Below are positions 62,113 to 64,000 of a stretch of 64,000 bases of DNA, one piece after another. Below the pieces are notes generated by a model that was given only the letters and a program-made list of their open reading frames with translations, made no database searches and was not told the origin of the DNA. Position numbers and translations under genes: made by a program. The DNA comes from Methanomassiliicoccaceae archaeon (GTDB taxonomy: Archaea; Thermoplasmatota; Thermoplasmata; Methanomassiliicoccales; UBA472), in NCBI GenBank assembly GCA_963768775.1, contig CAVYIY010000005.1:159028-223027 (forward strand), in the 5' to 3' direction. Numbering within the stretch: position 1 is the stretch's first letter; each line of letters opens with the position of its first letter.

Positions 62113-62859
62113 TTATGGTCGAAAGTGCTTCTTGCTCCTAATTAGAGGTTCCTCACTCCGCGATTTCCTCTTTCTCAATGGTGCGATGAAAGTCAAATAC
62201 GATATCGACATTTCGATGGCAGCGATGAATAGCAGGATTTCGGTGACCACGAAGTTCAGAGATACCAGGTCATTCTGATTCCTGAACGTGCTCGATTGGA
62301 CTGAGACACTGGAAATGAATGGCTGGGTATAATTCTTGCCGGTGTCAAGATCCTGAACCTTCAAATACAATGGCCTATCCCCCGCAACATGGTAATTGAC
62401 CCAGATGTTATCGATCCACATTCCAGACTGTGCATCTCTATTCAGTTGCATGAAGCCAAATTGATTAATGTCAGACACGCTAGGCCCGTAGTAGGCTCCA
62501 TCAGCGAAGATCTCAACGGTGTAGTTACCCGCTGTGACGATTTGCCCCGAACTCCTATCTATCTCTATCAGGATGATTGCTTCATTTGTGTCTCCAACGA
62601 CGATATCGGGGCCTGCGTTCTCAAAGATAAATTTCGCCTCCATCGTTCCTGTTGGCAATTTGAGTTCACCTAATGCTGGTTGGGGACCAGGACTCTTGGC
62701 CTCGAAATTGAGTTGCAGAAGATTATAGCCAATTGCGCCAAGAAGTATGATCCCAATTAGAAAGGGGATAAAGCCAGCCCACCACAAGATCCTTTTCTTT
62801 CGTCCAGGCCTTCCTAAGAAGTATCTCAAACGGCCAAAGGCTTCCATATCATCAATCAC
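62113..62859 (-). CDS. Hypothetical membrane-anchored protein with N- and C-terminal TM helices and a beta-rich ectodomain
   Basis: 248-aa ORF. The TM helices are ILWWAGFIPFLIGIILLGAIGY and VVTEILLFIAAIEMSISYLTFIA. Confidence 0.45.
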   Translation of the reverse strand: MIDDMEAFGRLRYFLGRPGRKKRILWWAGFIPFLIGIILLGAIGYNLLQLNFEAKSPGPQPALGELKLPTGTMEAKFIFENAGPDIVVGDTNEAIILIEIDRSSGQIVTAGNYTVEIFADGAYYGPSVSDINQFGFMQLNRDAQSGMWIDNIWVNYHVAGDRPLYLKVQDLDTGKNYTQPFISSVSVQSSTFRNQNDLVSLNFVVTEILLFIAAIEMSISYLTFIAPLRKRKSRSEEPLIRSKKHFRP

Positions 62860-62879
62860 TTCCTCGAGCGCTGCTGCTT

Positions 62880-63311
62880 CTACGTCCTGAGCTTACGGTG
62901 CTTGTCGAGTCGGTTTAAATAGTAACCCGATGCTGTTGTCTGATAAGCGAGCGCGGTTACACGCTCTGCCGCGGCGATTGGCTTTTTGTTGTTCCTTATT
63001 TCGCTAATAGCATCCTCCAGGATGATGGCAATCTCGTCAAGCATTTTGTCATCCAATGGTATTGTGGTGTCTCCCTTGTTGATTGCTTTCAACCTTGCTG
63101 AGAGCTGAGCGTGCGCATCTCGCAAGATTATGCCAAACACCTGCCAAGAGTGATTGTCATTCAGCCTTGCCGCAATGTCCAAAGCCTCAGCGGCAGCGCC
63201 AAAGAAGAAAACTCTTTCAGCGATGTCCTTCCCATTGTTTATCATCTTCACGATAAAATAGAGTTCATCTGTCAATTGCGTTCTGACGTCATATCCAAAT
63301 GGGTTGTCCAT
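62880..63311 (-). CDS. Hypothetical protein (143 aa, helical)
   Basis: Intact ORF in tandem with its neighbours. Confidence 0.4.
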   Translation of the reverse strand: MDNPFGYDVRTQLTDELYFIVKMINNGKDIAERVFFFGAAAEALDIAARLNDNHSWQVFGIILRDAHAQLSARLKAINKGDTTIPLDDKMLDEIAIILEDAISEIRNNKKPIAAAERVTALAYQTTASGYYLNRLDKHRKLRT

Positions 63312-63315
63312 TGAA

Positions 63316-63549
63316 TCACCCTAGTCCGGGGAATAATTCGGCTTCGCGCTCTTTGACGATTGTGATGGAGGCCTCTACCCAATTTGAACGATTGGCGAAG
63401 ACATGTCTGCCACCATTATTACGGACAAAACCCCGTTTCAAAACTTGTCGAACGAAATGACATCTTGTGCCAACCGTTATTGCAGATAATGGGCTCATTG
63501 ACCTGTAATCACACTCCCTTGGTCGACGATTTGGAATTCTTCTTATCAT
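63316..63549 (-). CDS. Hypothetical small basic protein (77 aa)
   Basis: The ORF overlaps the upstream ORF by 41 nt. Weak support. Confidence 0.25.
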   Translation of the reverse strand: MIRRIPNRRPRECDYRSMSPLSAITVGTRCHFVRQVLKRGFVRNNGGRHVFANRSNWVEASITIVKEREAELFPGLG

Positions 63550-64000
63550 GATATGTTAAAGAACTCTGATATCCACAAGCGTTCCATAACGAATCTATGG
63601 CGTTGGACATTAGATCATGTACATCGGCCTCATAGTCATCAACAATCGATTCAGGCAAAGTTAGCACATCTCGGTCAATTTTAGCAGGCCTAGCCTCACT
63701 GAACCACATCATCCCTCTTCCAGAAGGCGCTTCGTACCCCTTCACTCCGACCAGAGTAACGAAAATATAAACCGGAGGCGGAACATTCTGGTGTTTCAGA
63801 ATTTTGAGCATCTCAGAGATGAATTCCGGGATCATCTTTTCAAATTCTTGAAGAGGCATGTATCTTCGTCCATTATCAGATGCGAGAGCGCCAATGCTCA
63901 ATAAAGCACCCTCAACTTCCTCAATGATGCCCTTCTTATAGAATTGAGTGTAAGAGCGACACAATTGATTGGACCCACTGTCGATTCTGAACATAAGGAT
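63509..64000 (-). CDS. Hypothetical protein, possibly 5'-truncated by the window edge
   Basis: The frame stays open from 63994 to the window end (..IL-MFRIDSG..). Confidence 0.4.
   Translation of the reverse strand: MLMFRIDSGSNQLCRSYTQFYKKGIIEEVEGALLSIGALASDNGRRYMPLQEFEKMIPEFISEMLKILKHQNVPPPVYIFVTLVGVKGYEAPSGRGMMWFSEARPAKIDRDVLTLPESIVDDYEADVHDLMSNAIDSLWNACGYQSSLTYHDKKNSKSSTKGV

Larger units (their letters stand above)
57101..64000. mobile_element. Integrated plasmid- or virus-like element at tRNA-Ala. The distal end is not reached within the window.
   Basis: A tyrosine integrase gene ends 18 nt after the tRNA. An SF3-helicase-like gene, an RHH gene and orphan genes follow. GC drops (by eye) relative to ilvD. 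Confidence 0.65.

Overview
Archaeal chromosome segment. The gene content suggests a Thermoplasmata or Methanomassiliicoccales-like organism: the aEF-2/aEF-1alpha str cluster, Pth2, SRP19, S8e, TgtA, Pcc1, HdrA-MvhDGA and a stand-alone 16S rRNA. This lineage call is an inference, not a search result. A high-GC core (GC judged by eye) carries housekeeping genes: hdrA-mvhDGA, nnr, srp19, rps8e, amt, aIF2-beta, pyrG, tgtA, pth2, rps12-rps7-EF2-EF1a-rps10 and ilvD. It also carries two MFS transporters, two aldehyde dehydrogenases, nitroreductases and three metallophosphoesterases. The RNA genes are 16S rRNA (minus strand, not linked to 23S or 5S), tRNA-Ser(GCU) with a 21-nt intron, tRNA-Pro(UGG) and tRNA-Ala(UGC). 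Low-GC accessory patches interrupt the core. (1) An IS6-family transposase lies at about 9.6-10.5 kb. (2) A 7.1-kb element at 21581-28694 has imperfect terminal inverted repeats and a perfect 9-bp target-site duplication (CACGATGGC). It encodes an IS4-type (YREK) transposase and carries a BcgI-like (Type IIB-like) restriction-modification pair with a small RHH gene, a multi-winged-helix protein, a degenerate tRNA-like sequence, small zinc-ribbon genes and phased iteron-like repeats. (3) A 1.9-kb insert next to tRNA-Ser is bounded by a 12-bp repeat of the tRNA 3' end. (4) An integrated element starts at tRNA-Ala (57.1 kb to the window end) with a tyrosine integrase, an SF3-helicase-like protein, an RHH protein and orphan genes. 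The first 4.9 kb (hdrA-mvhDGA) is saturated with frameshifts. Isolated frameshifts also hit rps8e, an MBL hydrolase, a presenilin homologue and tgtA, which points to assembly indels or, less likely, real gene decay. No CRISPR array was seen.
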